Below are positions 38,270 through 51,960 of a stretch of 64,000 nucleotides of DNA, one piece after another. The notes under the pieces are model-generated. The model was not told the origin of the DNA. It was given only the letters and a program-made list of their open reading frames with translations, and searched no databases. A program made the position numbers and the translations under genes. Source of the DNA: Mobula hypostoma (Eukaryota); assembly GCF_963921235.1 (NCBI RefSeq), contig NC_086097.1:98334001-98398000 (forward strand), written 5' to 3'. The number at the start of each line of letters is the position of its first letter. Positions within the stretch are counted from its first letter, which is position 1.

Positions 38270-39372
38270 GAATAAAAAATAAGTTGCCATTAACAGTCTC
38301 ACAGGAGGGGGGTCATAATTTCTCCCACTATAGTTGACTCATTATGGAGCTTAATGGCTAAGGGTAAGAATGACCTCGTACAGAGCTCTTTGGAGCAGCT
38401 CAGTTGTCTTAGTCTATTACTAAACGTGTTCCTCATACCAAGGTGGCACGCAGAGGGTGAGAAACATTGTCCGGAATTGCCAGGATTTTCTGTAGGGTCC
38501 TTTGTTCTGCCACAGCCTCCACTGTGTCCAATATAACAGAGAGAGCCTTTCTAATCAGTTTATTGAGCCTGTTGGTATCACCCACGTTGATGCCATTACC
38601 CCAGCACACCACCGCATGGAAGATTGTACTGGCGACAACAGACTGGTAGAACATGTCAAGGAGGGGCCTGCATCCTCCAAAGGACTCCTGTCTCCTGAGG
38701 AAGTAGAGGTGACTCTGGCCCTTCTTGTACACAGCCTCTGTGTTGGTGCTCCACTCAAGTCTGTCATCCAGGTGCACCACCAGGTACTTGTAGGTCCTCA
38801 TGACAATCATGTCTTCACTATCAATAGTAACAGAGAGCAGTGCAGGCTACATCTCTCTGAAGTCCATCTCCTTTGTCTTACTGATGTTGAGCTACAGATG
38901 ATTCAGCTTGCACCATTTGACAAAGTCCTCCACCAGAGCCCTGTATTCATCCTCCCGTCCTCCCTTTATACACCCAACAATTGCTGAGTCATCAGATTTC
39001 TGCAGATGACATGACTCAGTGTTATATCTAAAGTCCAACGTATACAGGGTAAACAAGAAGGGAACCAATACAGTTCCCTGTGGGGCCGCAGTGCTGCTTA
39101 TAGCCATGTTTGACACACACCTCTGAGGCTGCACAAACTGTGGTCCGTCATCAGGTAGTCCTTCCAGGATACAATGGAAGTGTCAACCTCCATTGAACAA
39201 AGCTTTTCCCCCAGCAATGAGGGGTGTGTGGTATTGAAGATACTCGAGAAATCGAAAAACATGACCCTCACAGTGCTGCCCTGCTTATCCAAACGTGAGT
39301 AGACTTTGTTCAGCAGGTAGATAACAGCGTCGTTGACTACAGTGCAGTCCTGGTGAACAAACTGCAAGGGAT
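38270..39372 (-). mobile_element. Rex1/Babar LINE fragment
   Basis: ORFs 39098..39418, 38892..39134 and 38433..38810 (VRVMFFDFSS, APQGTVL.PFLFTLYT). Confidence 0.85.
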
Positions 39373-41885
39373 TGAGGGCTGATCCGACCAACATGGATAT
39401 AAAAGTACATAAAAGCAAGGATGTAATGTTGAGGCTTTATAAAGCTCTGGCGATGCCTCACTTGGAGTATTGTGAACAGTTTTGTGCCCCTTATCTAAGA
39501 AAGGATGTGCTGATATTCTGGAGGTTTCAAAGGAGTTTCACAAAGATTATTCCGGAATTGAAAGGCTCATCATATGAGGAGTGATTGATGGCTCTGGGCC
39601 TCTACTCACTGGAATTCAGATAAATGTGGGGGGGGGGTCATTGAAATGTATCGAACATTGAGAGGCCTCAGAGTGGATGTGGACAGGTTGTTTTCTATGG
39701 TGATAGTCTCAGAACAGCCTCAGACCAGAAGTGACAATGTCAGAATAGAGGGACGTCCATTTAGAACAGATGAGGAAGAATTTCTTTAGCCAGAGAGTGG
39801 TGAGTCTGTGGAATTTGTTGCCACGGGCGGTTGTGAAGACCAAGTCATTGGGTATATTTAAGGCAGAGGTTGATAGATTCTTGATTAGTCAAGATATGAA
39901 GGGATATGGGGAGAAGGCAGGAGGTAGAGGCTAAGAGGGAAATGGATCAGCCATGATAAAATGGCAGAGCAAACTCGATGGGCCAAATGGCCTAGTTCTA
40001 CTCCGATATCTTATGGTTTTACAACAGGTTTAAGGAACCTTGGTTTTTGAAGGATATTGAGGCCCTGGTCAGGAGGAGGGGGTGCATAGCTGGTATCGAT
40101 AGGAAGGAGCATATGAAGTACTTGGAGTGTAAGAAATGCTGGAGAACACTTAGAAGGAAATCAGGAAGGATGAAAGAAGGCATGAGGTTGCCCTAGCAGA
40201 CAAGGTAAAGAAGAATCCCAAGAGCTTATACAGATATATTAAGAGCAAAAGGACAGCAAGGGACAACATTCGTCCTCTGGAAGATCAGAGTGGTCATCTG
40301 TGCATGGTGCCAAGAGATGTGGGAGATTTTTTTTGCTGCTGTATTTACTCGGGAGATGGACACAGCGACTATTGGAAGTGAGGCATAGCAGCAGTGAGGT
40401 CATGGACCATATATGGATTACAGAGGAGGAAGTGTTCACTGTTTTGAGGCAAGTTATAGTGGATATATCCTTTAGGGCTTGATAATATGTTCCCTTGTAC
40501 CCTGTGGGAGGCTTGTGCAGAAATTACAGGAATGTTAGCTGAGATTTTTAAAATATCCTTGGCCACAGGTGAGGTGCGAAGGGTTGGAGCATATATATGT
40601 TATGGGTTGTTTAAGAAAGGATCTTCAGGAAGGGTAAGATGAAGGAACACATACCAATCCTCGTAGTGGGATCAGAAATAGAGAGAGTGAGCAGTTTCAA
40701 GTTCCTGGGTGTCAAGATCTCTGAGGACCTAACCTGTTCTCAACATATCGATGCAGCTATAAAGAAGGCAAGACAGTGATTGTACTTCATTAGGAGTTTG
40801 AAGAGATTTGGTATATCAACAAAAACACTCAAAAACTTCTAAGATGTACTGTGGAGAGAGCATTCTGACAGGCTGCATCACTCTCTGGTATGGTGGGGGG
40901 GGGGTGGGCTACTGCACAGGACCGAAAGAAGTTGCAGAGGGTCGTAAATTTAGTCTGCTCTAACTAGGGTACGAGCTACAAAGTGCCCAGGACATCTTGA
41001 AGGAGTGGTGTCTCAGAAAGGCAGCATCCATTATTGAGGACCCCCAGCACATATGCCCTTCTATCATTGCTACCATCAGGTAGGAGGTACAGAAGCCTGA
41101 AGGCACACACTCAGTGATTCAGGAACAGCTTCTTCCCCTCTGCCATCCAACTCCTAAATGGACATTGAACCTGTGAACACTACCTTACTTTTTTAATATG
41201 TATTATTTCTGGGGTTTTTTTTGCACGATTTTTAATCTATCCAATATATGTATACTGTAGGGTCAATCTTGCATGGGGAGTGGTAGAGCACTGAGAAGTG
41301 CAGTCAAACAGGGATATGAGAATACATGTCCATAATTAATTGAAAATAGCGTCACAGGTAGATAGGTTCATAAATAAAGCTTCTGGTACTTCAGCATTTA
41401 TAGATCAGAGCAGTGAGTAAGGATATTATGTTGAAGTTGTATAAGATGGTGAGGCCTAATTTGGAGTACTGTGTGCAGTTTTGGTCACCTACCTACAGAA
41501 ATGATGTTAATAAGATTGAATGAGTGCAGAGAAAAGTTACAAAGGTGTTGGAAAGATGTTGAGGACCTGAGTTATAGGGAAAGGTTGAATAAGTTAGGAC
41601 TTTAATTCCCTAAAGTGTAAGAGAATGAGGGTAAATTGATAAAGGTATACAAAATTATGAGGGGTTATATATGTAAGTGTAAGCAGGCTTTTTCCAGTGA
41701 GGTTGGGTTAGCACATAATATTAAAGAGGACTTCAGAGAAATTCAGATAGATACATGAATGGGAGGGATATGGCGGGCTTTGGTCCGGGTTTGGGTCGAT
41801 GGGACTAGGTAGGTTAAATAGTTCAGCACGTACAAGGTGTGCCGAAGGGCCTGTTCTGTTTCTGTGCTAGAGTGTTTTATGACTG
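39373..41885 (+). mobile_element. Cluster of degenerate CR1 fragments with a nested Rex1 piece (~40620-41260)
   Basis: CR1 motifs (PHLEYCEQF, 3' UTRs near 40020 and 41880) and Rex1 motifs (FKFLGV, RNSFFPSA). Confidence 0.75.
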
Positions 41886-44492
41886 ACATTAATATTCTCT
41901 TTAAAACAGAATGTTTATGTTATGATCAATGTTCTTGTGAAGTGCAAGAAATGCTATAAAGAAATGGTAAGTTATCAATGTGTGGAAAGAGCTGGATACC
42001 AGAACTTATTACAGGTTCTCCCCAGCTTATGAGTACCTAATCATGTACAATGTGTATGTACGAGTATTTACAAATCATTTAAGTTTCACATAAAAGGATT
42101 TTGGTAAAAAACAAAGTCCACAGAATTGGTAATTAATGATATATGCAAATAAAGCCAGAAAGTGGAGATGAAGAGCCATTTGTGATATTTTTACTTAGTA
42201 TTGTGAATCTTAAGTTTGCAGAGGCAACTTTATAAATGGGGGAATTCTAAAAAGGGAAACTTAAGGTCATCTACTTTTGAACCTGAGTCTAATAGAACAT
42301 TTTCTTGAAAGTTGTGGAAGATCAATGATTTGAGGGGGTTAGTGATACATAGGAATGAAATCATTAGTGAGCAAATGGAATTTGATCTTGCAATTGAGAT
42401 ACACAAATGAAAGGAAATTACAGAAATTTGAACAGAGGAGGCCATTGACCAGTTGTGACTGTGCTGGCATAGTTTTGAGCAGTCTTGTCACTTTCATGCT
42501 CTCTGGTATTAATCCTCGTGCTTAACCAATTTCAATTTGAAGCAACCCATTGATTTTTGTTTCTGTCATCAATACCTGAATTCTAAACCATATCATTATG
42601 TTAAAATAAAAAAAAGACTCATTCTTTAGTCTTGGTCTATCCTTTACCTGGAATACCCTCACTAGTTTGGACATGAAATTTTCAAAATGGATTCAAGGTG
42701 CATTCGTGAAAATTAAACCATCTTAAAGAATTAACATTTGGCCACAGGTTGCATAAGAATGTTTTGTATTTCCTTGTTTAGAAGATTAGAAGGAGACCAA
42801 ATCAAAATATACAGATTTAGTATAAAGGACGAAGTGGAGCTGATGAACATTTTCACAGGATGGGAGAATTCACTTGAGGAGGACACTGACACATATGTAA
42901 CATCATGGTTCAGTGTGAATCTGTTCTGGCCTGAATATCACTTGGATGTAGTACTGAAAACCAGGAGTTGTGAAAGTTTTTTTCCCTCTATGTAACTCAC
43001 TGATCCGATTGTAGCAGTCCTTTTATTTCCCCAAATGATTGTTAATTCATCACCAAGTTCATTGCTTGGAGGCAAACATTTCTTTAAAGAAAGCAGTTGC
43101 CTCAATTGCATACAGTTTTACTTGATCTGTAAAATAAAATAACTCTGAAGGATGAGCAAGATTTATTCTGGCCTTGCATGTCACCTGATTATTTTGCCTC
43201 AGGCTTCTGTCACTTGGCCTCAAGACCAACTGGGCTGGCAAAATTGACCTATCAAAATCAGAGAAAATATTAGACAAAATATTGTGTGTGGGTGAGGGGG
43301 CCTTGGGAAATCCAGTCACTTCTCACTATCAGTAATAAGGTTCATCAAACTCTTGTGGTGCAAGCTGGCAGCCTGAGATGCTGTTGTTCACTCATGGTGT
43401 TTGAAAGGTCTGTTCTCTGTTCAGTGCATTTCCTAGTGGCTCAACACCGTAGTTATCAAATTACCACGTCTACTGGAAGTAATATTGGTTAATATTGCCA
43501 GTTGAAGTACCCATTGGCAGTCATAATTTTGCTGGAAAGGAAAGGATCTCTTGATCCTTGGATCTTGAATTACACCATTTCTGTCATAGTTGTATTTTGA
43601 GAAGCCTTCCGGCAGGTGTAATAAGAAGGCTCCAGGCAGAAGGGGCTATCATCTATAGACACCTAACCATCTCTTGTTATGATTGAAAATGTCTCTTGCT
43701 TTTGCAGAGGTGGTGAGATCTGAAAGTTTGATCACTTTCCTTTCTCCACCTATTATTCTGTAACATGTATATTATTTGAATATTTTTCCTTATCCTATTT
43801 GGAAATTCAGCTCCATTTTGCTCTTTTAATCTAAATATAAGTTATATCAATTGAGTGTAGCTAATTCAGAGTTGTAGTTGCTTGCAATAGATGTCTATAC
43901 TTGGTGGCATAATGCTTCTCAACAATTTAGATCACTTTGCACTGTGTATTGTACACTGATGTGAGAGAGGCAGGCCTGTTACTGAAAGCATCGAGGGGAC
44001 TAGAAAGCCTGTCAAATTATCTTGCTAGTCAACACCTGGTTTTGCTGGGCATGCAATGTTTGCTGCAGCAATGTTCAAATCAAGGGGGTGGGGGAAAGAG
44101 TGTGGGTGGAGAGAGTGGCTGGTGAGTCCCCTTCCCTGTACCCTGCTTTTGCATATTCACTGTAGTTTGTATTGGAGCATAATCATAGAACCGGTCAGCA
44201 CAGTACAGTCCCTGTGTAGCTAATTATGGGGAGGGAAGAAAGGGGCTTGTTTAGCTGTTGTTGTGTTGCTTCTCTGATCTGCTGAGCTTTGTGGGAATGC
44301 TGTGTTGGCACTGGAATATGTGGCAGTAGTTGAGGGCTGCCCCAGCACAACTCTAGTTGTGATGTTGTTAAACACAAATGATGCACGTCAAAACACAAGG
44401 TAAAATGCATGTGATAAATCTGACCCCTCCTTCCAACACAGCCTATAACCCTCCATTTTTCTTGCATCCGTGTGCCAATCTTTCTTAAATGT

Positions 44493-44587
44493 TCCCTGAT
44501 AAAGAGTCTTGGCCAAAATGTTGACTGTTTATTCCTCTCCATTGATGCTGCCAACTTGCTGAGTTCCTCCAATATTTGGTGTGTTGC
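44493..44587 (+). mobile_element. 95-bp Penelope-derived mini-element (degenerate hammerhead + tail)
   Basis: 10-bp TSD TCTTAAATGT (44483-92, 44588-97); begins TCCCTGATAAAGAGTCTTGGCCAAAATGTTGACTG and ends in the GATGCTGCC..TGTGTTGC tail. Confidence 0.75.
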
Positions 44588-44779
44588 TCTTAAATGTCTC
44601 TATTATATCAGCCTCTACCACCTCCTCTGACAGTATGTTCCAGGCACATACTGCTTTCCATCTGTAAGAAAAAAAAACTACTCCTTGACATCTGCTTTAA
44701 GCTTTCCTTTGCTCACCTTAAATTGTATTGGCCATTGGCAACCTGAGAGAAAGACACTGTCCACTCTGTAAATGTCTCT

Positions 44780-45170
44780 CGTCTGAAAATACCTCTATTC
44801 AAGTTGCTTCTCAACCTACACTTCTAAGAGTGAAGCCCGAGCTCACTGAACTGTTCATCATAAGACATGTTATCTAATCCTGGCAAATCTCCTTTGCACC
44901 CTGAATTTCTGACACTTTTTTTATGAGATAACCAGAATTGAACGTCATATGTGTGGTCTAACTGGAGTTTTTGGGACTGCAACATTACCTTGTGGCTCTT
45001 GAACTCAATCCCCTGACTAATGAAGTCCAACACACCATAGGCCTTCTTATTTAAATTGAGATGGCACCTTTGAGGGATCTATTGACTTGTATTCCCAAAA
45101 TCCTGCTGTTCTTCCCTACTAGTAAGAATACTGTATTTAACTTTGTACTCTGTCTTCAATTTTGACATTG
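44780..45170 (-). mobile_element. Degenerate CR1 fragment
   Basis: ORF 44824..45033 (FISQGIEFKSHKVMLQ..VQFW). Confidence 0.65.
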
Positions 45171-45322
45171 TTTGAAGAAATCCTTGCCCAATTAACCATC
45201 ATCATATAACCTGTAGCTTCAGAGGTCCTAACACACTAGACCACTGTTATACTAAGATGAGGAATGCCTATCATGCCATGTCTAGACTGCATTTCAGCAA
45301 AATGCCAAAGGGCAGGACAACA

Positions 45323-45415
45323 GAGGAACACTCACAACATGCTGGAGAAACTCAGGTCGGGCAGCATCCGTGGAAAAGATGAGTCGATGTTTCGGGCCGG
45401 AACCTTCGTCAGGAC
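45323..45415 (-). mobile_element. ~90-bp Penelope-derived mini-element (hammerhead + tail)
   Basis: Direct repeat CAGGACAACA (45313-22, 45410-19); minus strand GTC-CTGACGA-AGGTTCCGGCCC-GAAAC-ATC-GAC followed by the GATGCTGCC tail. Confidence 0.75.
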
Positions 45416-45439
45416 AACAAAGGTGTTCGTGGAAGGCAG

Positions 45440-46510
45440 TGGAGCAGCTAAAGGATTGCTTCAAGTTTGACGACTGGGCTGTGTTCAAGGACTGATGTCT
45501 GGATCTGAATGAATACACCACGGTTGTTATGGACTTTATTTAAAACAGTTATTAGATGAGGGTGTCCCCACAAAATCATTCAGGGTCTTCCCCAATCAGA
45601 AGCCCTGAATGATCCGTGAGATCCACATCTGCTGAGGACCAAATCAGAGGCGTTCAAATCCGATGACTAAGAAAATTACAAGAGTTCCAGGTACAACTTC
45701 CAGAAACCAGCTCACAGTTGAAGTGGCAATTCCGGACTAAACTTGAATCGACAAAGCTTGCATGACAGTTGCGATGGGGCTTGAATACTATCACCTCTTA
45801 TAAAGTTAAATCAAGTGACATAGGTGACCATGGGGCTTTGCTTCCTGATAAGCTCAATGCCTTCTATGCTCACATTGACCGTCAAAACATGGAGGAACCA
45901 TCACACGGTCCCACAGCCTCTGATGATCCGGTGATTTCAGTCTGAGGTCAACATGTGAGTAGCTTTCAGGAGGGCCCAGACAGGGTACCTGGCCAAGTAC
46001 TAAAGACCTGGAGTATTCACTGAGATCTTTAACCTCTCGCTTTGGCAGCCTGAGGTACCTACCTGCTTTAAGCAGGCTTCACTTCTACTGATGCCTAAGA
46101 AGAATGTGGTGACCTGCCATAATGACTATCATCCAGTAGCATGTGTCCACAGTGATGAAGTGGTTTGCGAGGTTGTTGATTATACATATCAATTCCTGTC
46201 TGAGAAGCGATTTTGATCTGCTCCCAATTTGCCTACTGCAGCAACAGGTCCATAGCGGATGATTTCCCATTAGCTCTTGTCTCATAGCAACAACCTTGAT
46301 GTTTAATACTTGTATATTTATTATTATTATTTCTTTCTTTTTGTATTTGCACAGTTTGTTGTCTTTTGCACACTGGTTGAAGGCCCAAGTTGGTGCGGTC
46401 TTTCGTTAATTCTGTTATGGTTATTATTCTGTTATGGATTTATTGAGTATGCCTGCAAGAAAATGAGTCTCTGGGTTGTATAGGGTGACATATATATACT
46501 TTGATAATTT
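45440..46510 (+). mobile_element. Degenerate Rex1/Babar LINE
   Basis: FPNQKPW, LNAFYA and NDY.PVA-like motifs; Rex1-type 3' UTR at 46300-46510. Confidence 0.7.
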
Positions 46511-46749
46511 TAAGTTTGGATCTTTCAAAGTGTATCATTCATTCTTTTGCAGATTGACTTCCTTTTGTTGTTTCTCCACTCAGCTCTATATTTGCCTTTG
46601 TAACCTACAACAGCTTTTATACTATCCACAGCACCATCAATCTTTGTGTCATCCACAAAATTACTAACTCACTGGTTCACTTCCTCATCTAAATCTTTTA
46701 TAAAAATTGCAGAGTTAGGGTCCCAGAACATTCAATGGCCTTGAAGTAG

Positions 46750-49700
46750 AATACATAGAAACATAGAAAATAGGTACAGGAGTAGGCCATTCGGCCCTTC
46801 GAGCCTGCACCGCCATTTATTATGATCATGGCTGATCATCCAACTCAGAACCCCGCCCCAGCCTTCCCTCCATACCCCCTGATCCCCGTAGCCACAAGGG
46901 CCATATCTAACTCCCTCTTAAATATAGCCAATGAACTGGCCTCAACTGTTTCCTGTGGCAGAGAATTCCACAGATTCACCACTCTCTGTGTGAAGAAGTT
47001 TTTCCTCATCTCAGTCCTAAAAGGCTTTCCCTTTGTCGTTAAACTGTGACCCCTTGTTCTGGACCTCCCCAACATTGGGAACAGTCTTCCTACATCTAGC
47101 CTGTCCAATCCCTTTAGAATTTTATACATTTCATTAAGATCCCCCCTCAATCTTCTAAATTCCAGAGAGTATAAATCTAGTCGATCCAGTTTTTCATCAT
47201 ATGAAAGTCCTGCCATCCGAGGAATCAATCTGGTGAACCTTCTTCGTACTCCCTCTATGGCAAGGATGTCTTTCCTCAGATTAGGTGACCAAAACTGCAC
47301 ACAATATTCCTGGTGTGGTCTCACCAAGGCCTTGTACAACTGCAGTAGTACCTCCCTGCTCCTGTACTCGAATCCTCTCGCTATAAATACCAGCATACCA
47401 TTTGTCTTTTTCACCGCCTGCTGTACCTGCATGCCCACTTTCAATGACTGGTGTATAATGACACCCAGGTCTCGTTGCACCTCCCCTTTTCCTAATCGGC
47501 CACCATTCAGATAATAATCTGTTTTCCTATTTTTGCCACCAAAGTGGATAACTTCACATTTATCCACATTAAATTGCATCTGCCATGAATTTGCCCACTC
47601 ACCCAACCTATCCAAGTCACCCTGCATCCTCTTAGCATCCTCCTCACAGCTAACACTGCCACCCAGCTTTGTGTCATCCGCAAACTTGGAGATGCTGCAT
47701 TTAATTCCCTCATCCAAGTCATTAATATATATTGTAAACAACTGGGGTCCCAGCACTGAGCCTTGCAGTACCCCACTAGTCACTGCCTGCCATTCTGAAA
47801 AGGTCCCGTTTATTCCCACTCTTTGCTTCCTGTCTGCTAACCAATTCTCCATCCACATCAATACCTTACCCCCAATACTGTGTGCTTTAAGTTTGCACAC
47901 TAATCTCCTGTGTGGGACCTTGTCAAAAGCCTTTTGAAAATCCAAATATACCACATCCACTGGTTCTTCCCTATCCACTCTACTAGTTACATCCTCAAAA
48001 AATTCTATGCTGACTTTGTCCGATGATTTCACCGCTTTCCAAATGTGCTGTCATCACATCTTTGATAACTGACTCCAGCAGTTTCCCCACCACCGACGTT
48101 AGGCTAACCGGTCTATAATTCCCCGGTTTCTCTCTCCCTCCTTTTTTAAAAAGTGGGGTTACATTAGCCACCCTCCAATCCTCAGGAACTAGTCCAGAAT
48201 CTAACGAGTTTTGAAAAATTATTACTAATGCATCCACTATTTCTTGGGCTACTTCCTTAAGCACTCTAGGATGCAGACCATCTGGCCCTGGGGATTTATC
48301 TGCCTTCAATCCCTTCAATTTACCTAACACCACTTCCCTACTAACATGTATTTCGCTCAGTTCCTCCATCTCACTGGACCCTCTGTCCCCTACTATTTCT
48401 GGAAGATTATTTATGTCCTCCTTAGTGAAGACAGAACCAAAGTAATTATTCAATTGGTCTGCCATGTCCTTGCTCCCCATAATCAATTCAGCTGTTTCTG
48501 TCTGTAGGGGACCTACATTTGTCTTTACCAGTCTTTTCCTTTTTACATATCTATAAAAGCTTTTACAGTCAGTTTTTATGTTCCCTGCCAGTTTTCTCTC
48601 ATAATCTTTTTTCTCCTTCCTAATTAAGCCCTTTGTCCTCCTCTGCTGAACTCTGAATTTCTCCCAGTCCTCAGGTGAGCCACTTTCTCTGGCTAATTTG
48701 TATGCTTCTTCTTTGGAATTGATACTATCCCTAATTTCTCTTGTCAGCCACGGGTGCACTACCTTCCTTGATTTATTCTTTTGCCAAACTGGGATAAACA
48801 ATTGTTGTAGTTCATCCATGCAACCTTTAAATGCTTGCCATTGCATATCCACCATCAATCCTTTAAGTGTCATTTGCCAGTCTATCTTAGCTAATTCACG
48901 TCTCATACCTTCAAAGTTACCCCTCTTTAAGTTCAGAACCTTTGTTTCTGTATTAACTATGTCACTCTCCATCTTAATGAAGAATTCCACCATATTATGG
49001 TCACTCTTACCCAAGGGGCCTCTCACGACAAGATTGCTAATTAACCCTTCCTCATTGCTGAAAACCCAGTCCAGAATAGCCTGCTCTCTAGTTGGTTCCT
49101 CGACATGTTGGTTCAAAAAACCATCCCGCATACATTCCAAGAAATCCTCTTCCTCAGCACCTTTACCAATTTGGTTCACCCCAATCTACATGTAGATTGA
49201 AGTCACCCATTATAACTGCTGTTCCTTTATTGCACACATTTCTAATTTCCTGTTTAATACCATCTCCGACCTCACTACTACTGTTAGGTGGCCTGTACAC
49301 AACTCCCACCAGCGTCTTCTGCCCCTTAGTGTTACGCAGCTCTACCCATATCGACTCCACATCTTCCCGGCTTATGTCCTTCCTTTCTATTGCGTTAATC
49401 TCTTCTTTAACCAGCAATGCCACCCCACCTCCCCTTCCTTCATGTCTATCCCTCCTGAATATTGAATATCCCTGAACGTTGAGCTCCCATCCTTGGTCAC
49501 CCTGGAGCCATGTCTCTGTGATCCCAACTATATCATAATCATTAATAACAATCTACACTTTCAATTCATCCACCTTATTACGAATGCTCCTTGCATTGAC
49601 ACACAAAGCCTTCAGGCGCTCTTTTACAACTCTGTAAGCCCTTATACAATTATGTTGAAAAGTGGCCCTTTTTAATGCTTGCCCTGGATTTGTCGGCCTG

Positions 49701-50930
49701 CCACTTTTACTCTTCTCCTTAGTACTTTTTGCTTCTACCCTCACTTTACACCCCTCTGTCTCTCTGCACTGGTTCCCATCCCCCTGTTGTGAACTAACCT
49801 CCTCTCGCCTAGCCTCTTTAATTTGATTCCCACCCCCCAACCATTCTAGTTTAAAGTCACCTCAGTAGCCCTCACTAATCTCCCTGCCAGGATATTGGTC
49901 CCCCCAGGATTCAAGTGTAACCCGTCCTTTTTGTACAGGTCACGCCTGCGCCAAAAGAGGTCCCAATGATCCAAAAACTTGAATCCCTGCCCCCTGCTCC
50001 AATCCCTCAGCCACGCATTTATCCTCCACCTCATCGCATTCCTACTCTCACTGTTGCGTGGCACAGGCAGTAATCCCGAGATTACTACCTTTGCGGTCCT
50101 TTTTCTCAACTCCCTTCCTAGCTTCCTATATTCTCCTTTCAGGACCTCATCCCTTTTCCTACCTATGTCATTGGTACCTATATGTACCACGACCTCTGGC
50201 TCCTCACCCTCCCACTTCAGGATATCTTGGACACGATCAGAAATATCCCGGACCCTGGCACCAGGGAGGCAAACTACCATACGGGTCTCTGGACTGCGTC
50301 CACAGAATCGCCTATCTGACCCCTTTACTATCGAGTCCCCTATCACAACTGCCCTCCTCTTCCTTGCCCTACCCTTCTGAGCTACAGGGCCAGACTCTGT
50401 GCCAGAGGCACGGCCACTGTCGCTTCCCCCGGGTAAGCTGTCCCCCCCAACAGTACTCAAACAGGAGTACCTATTGTTAAGGGGCACAGCCACCGGGGTA
50501 CTCCCTATTACCTGACTCTTCCCTTTCCCCCTCCTAACCGTGACCCACTTGTCTGCCTCCCGTGGCCCCGGCGTGACCACCTGCCTGCAACTCCTCTCTA
50601 TCAACTCCTCACTCTCCCTGACCAGACGAAGGTCATCGAGCTGCAGCTCCAGTTCCGTAACGCGTTCCCTTAGGAGCTGCATCTCGATGCACTTGGCGCA
50701 GATGTAGACGTCCGGGAGGCTTGGAGACTCCAGGGCCTCCCACATCCGACACCAAGAACAGCAAACTGCTCTCACACTCATACTGCCCCTCTCCTCAAAT
50801 AACAACGGAAAATGAATGCCAAACCTTCCTCGCCTCGCCCGTTTCCGCCGAAGCCCTTAAGTCTTCACTCTGCTCCCGGCTCACTCCGCCGCCCGCAAAC
50901 TACGCTGCCCGCTGTATGAGGCTCTGTTCC
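46750..50930 (-). mobile_element. Near full-length CR1 LINE (ORF1 + frameshifted APE-RT ORF2)
   Basis: ORF1 49846..50805; ORF2 pieces 49553..49840 (LCVNARSIRNK), 49163..49423 (GVVYRPP, MGDFN), 47995..49179 and 46845..48032 (FADDTK); TTCTATGT-type tail near 46750-46770. Confidence 0.93.
49846..50805 (-). CDS. CR1 ORF1p (Cys zinc finger/leucine zipper + SGNH esterase)
   Basis: Open 319-aa frame: CSWC..CAKC, heptad LELQLDDL, VIGDSIV, HIGTNDIG, DGLHLN. Confidence 0.85.
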   Translation of the reverse strand: MLFEERGSMSVRAVCCSWCRMWEALESPSLPDVYICAKCIEMQLLRERVTELELQLDDLRLVRESEELIERSCRQVVTPGPREADKWVTVRRGKGKSQVIGSTPVAVPLNNRYSCLSTVGGDSLPGGSDSGRASGTESGPVAQKGRARKRRAVVIGDSIVKGSDRRFCGRSPETRMVVCLPGARVRDISDRVQDILKWEGEEPEVVVHIGTNDIGRKRDEVLKGEYRKLGRELRKRTAKVVISGLLPVPRNSESRNAMRWRINAWLRDWSRGQGFKFLDHWDLFWRRRDLYKKDGLHLNPGGTNILAGRLVRATEVTLN

Positions 50931-51654
50931 TTAATTAATACACTTCATTAACTATCACCCTTTGGCCTTTGTGGGCAAGCCAATTCTGAATTCGTGCAGC
51001 CAAGTTTCCATGGATCCTATGCCTCATGACTTTCTGAATGAGCTGTATGATATTACATGATTTATTTTAAAGTACTAGCTTAAAAAAACTTTATTTTAAT
51101 GAATGGCTACTGGTTCCATATTATTCCATTAATGAGTTAAGCAAGTCTTTGGGTATGAAAAGACTTTCAGTGATGAAATAGGCAGTATGGAAAATTGTGC
51201 TACCTCAGGTACAATGTTTGCTGTAACATGATGAAAGTCAGTTATACAGAATGAGTATTACCTGTTGTAACTAAATGTTATAATTATGTGGTTTTTGTTA
51301 GTTTTTAAATTGGTTTGTCATGTGTTTCTGTGATACCATTCTGGGAAAACATTGTATCATTTCTTAATGCATGCATTACTAAATAACAATAAAAGAGGAC
51401 TGCGTGTCCTCATAATCTAATCTAAACAGATTAAACTGTACTTGAATGTGGCATAAGGCTGCATACATTGCATTTAACATTGTGAATGCAGATACAGAAA
51501 TTTTGGTCCACTACATTTTTAATGGCAGCCTGAGCCTAAAGATGAATTTGAGCAGAAGGGCGTTAGGAATTGGTTGTCCAGGAAGTGCACAGAGGACATA
51601 TTTTATGGAGATACAATTCATTAATAAGCATTAAATTTCGACCTCCAGACACAG

Positions 51655-51960
51655 TGTGGAAGTTAGTGTAAGGCTTTACAGCACCAGCAATTGAAAGATC
51701 GGGACTCAATATCCGCTGCAGCCTTATGAGGTTGTACACTCTCTCCGTGACATGAGCTTGTGGGTCCTCTGGTTTCCTCCCACCTTATAAAAGATATAAG
51801 AGTTAGGATTACTAAATTGTGGTCACACTATGCTGGTTCTGAAAGCATGGCGATATTTGCCAGCTGCCCCCAGTACATTTTCAGATTCTGGTTGTTGGTA
51901 CAAGTGATGCATTTTACTGTTCTGATGTAAATTTGACAAATACAGCTGATCTCTTTAATC
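51655..51960 (+). mobile_element. V-SINE-like SINE
   Basis: tRNA-like head and CCTCTGGTTTCCTCCCAC V-domain-like motif. Confidence 0.6.

Noticed and set aside
47233..50480. Long plus-strand ORFs opposite the CR1
   Set aside because: Antisense shadows of CR1 coding sequence.
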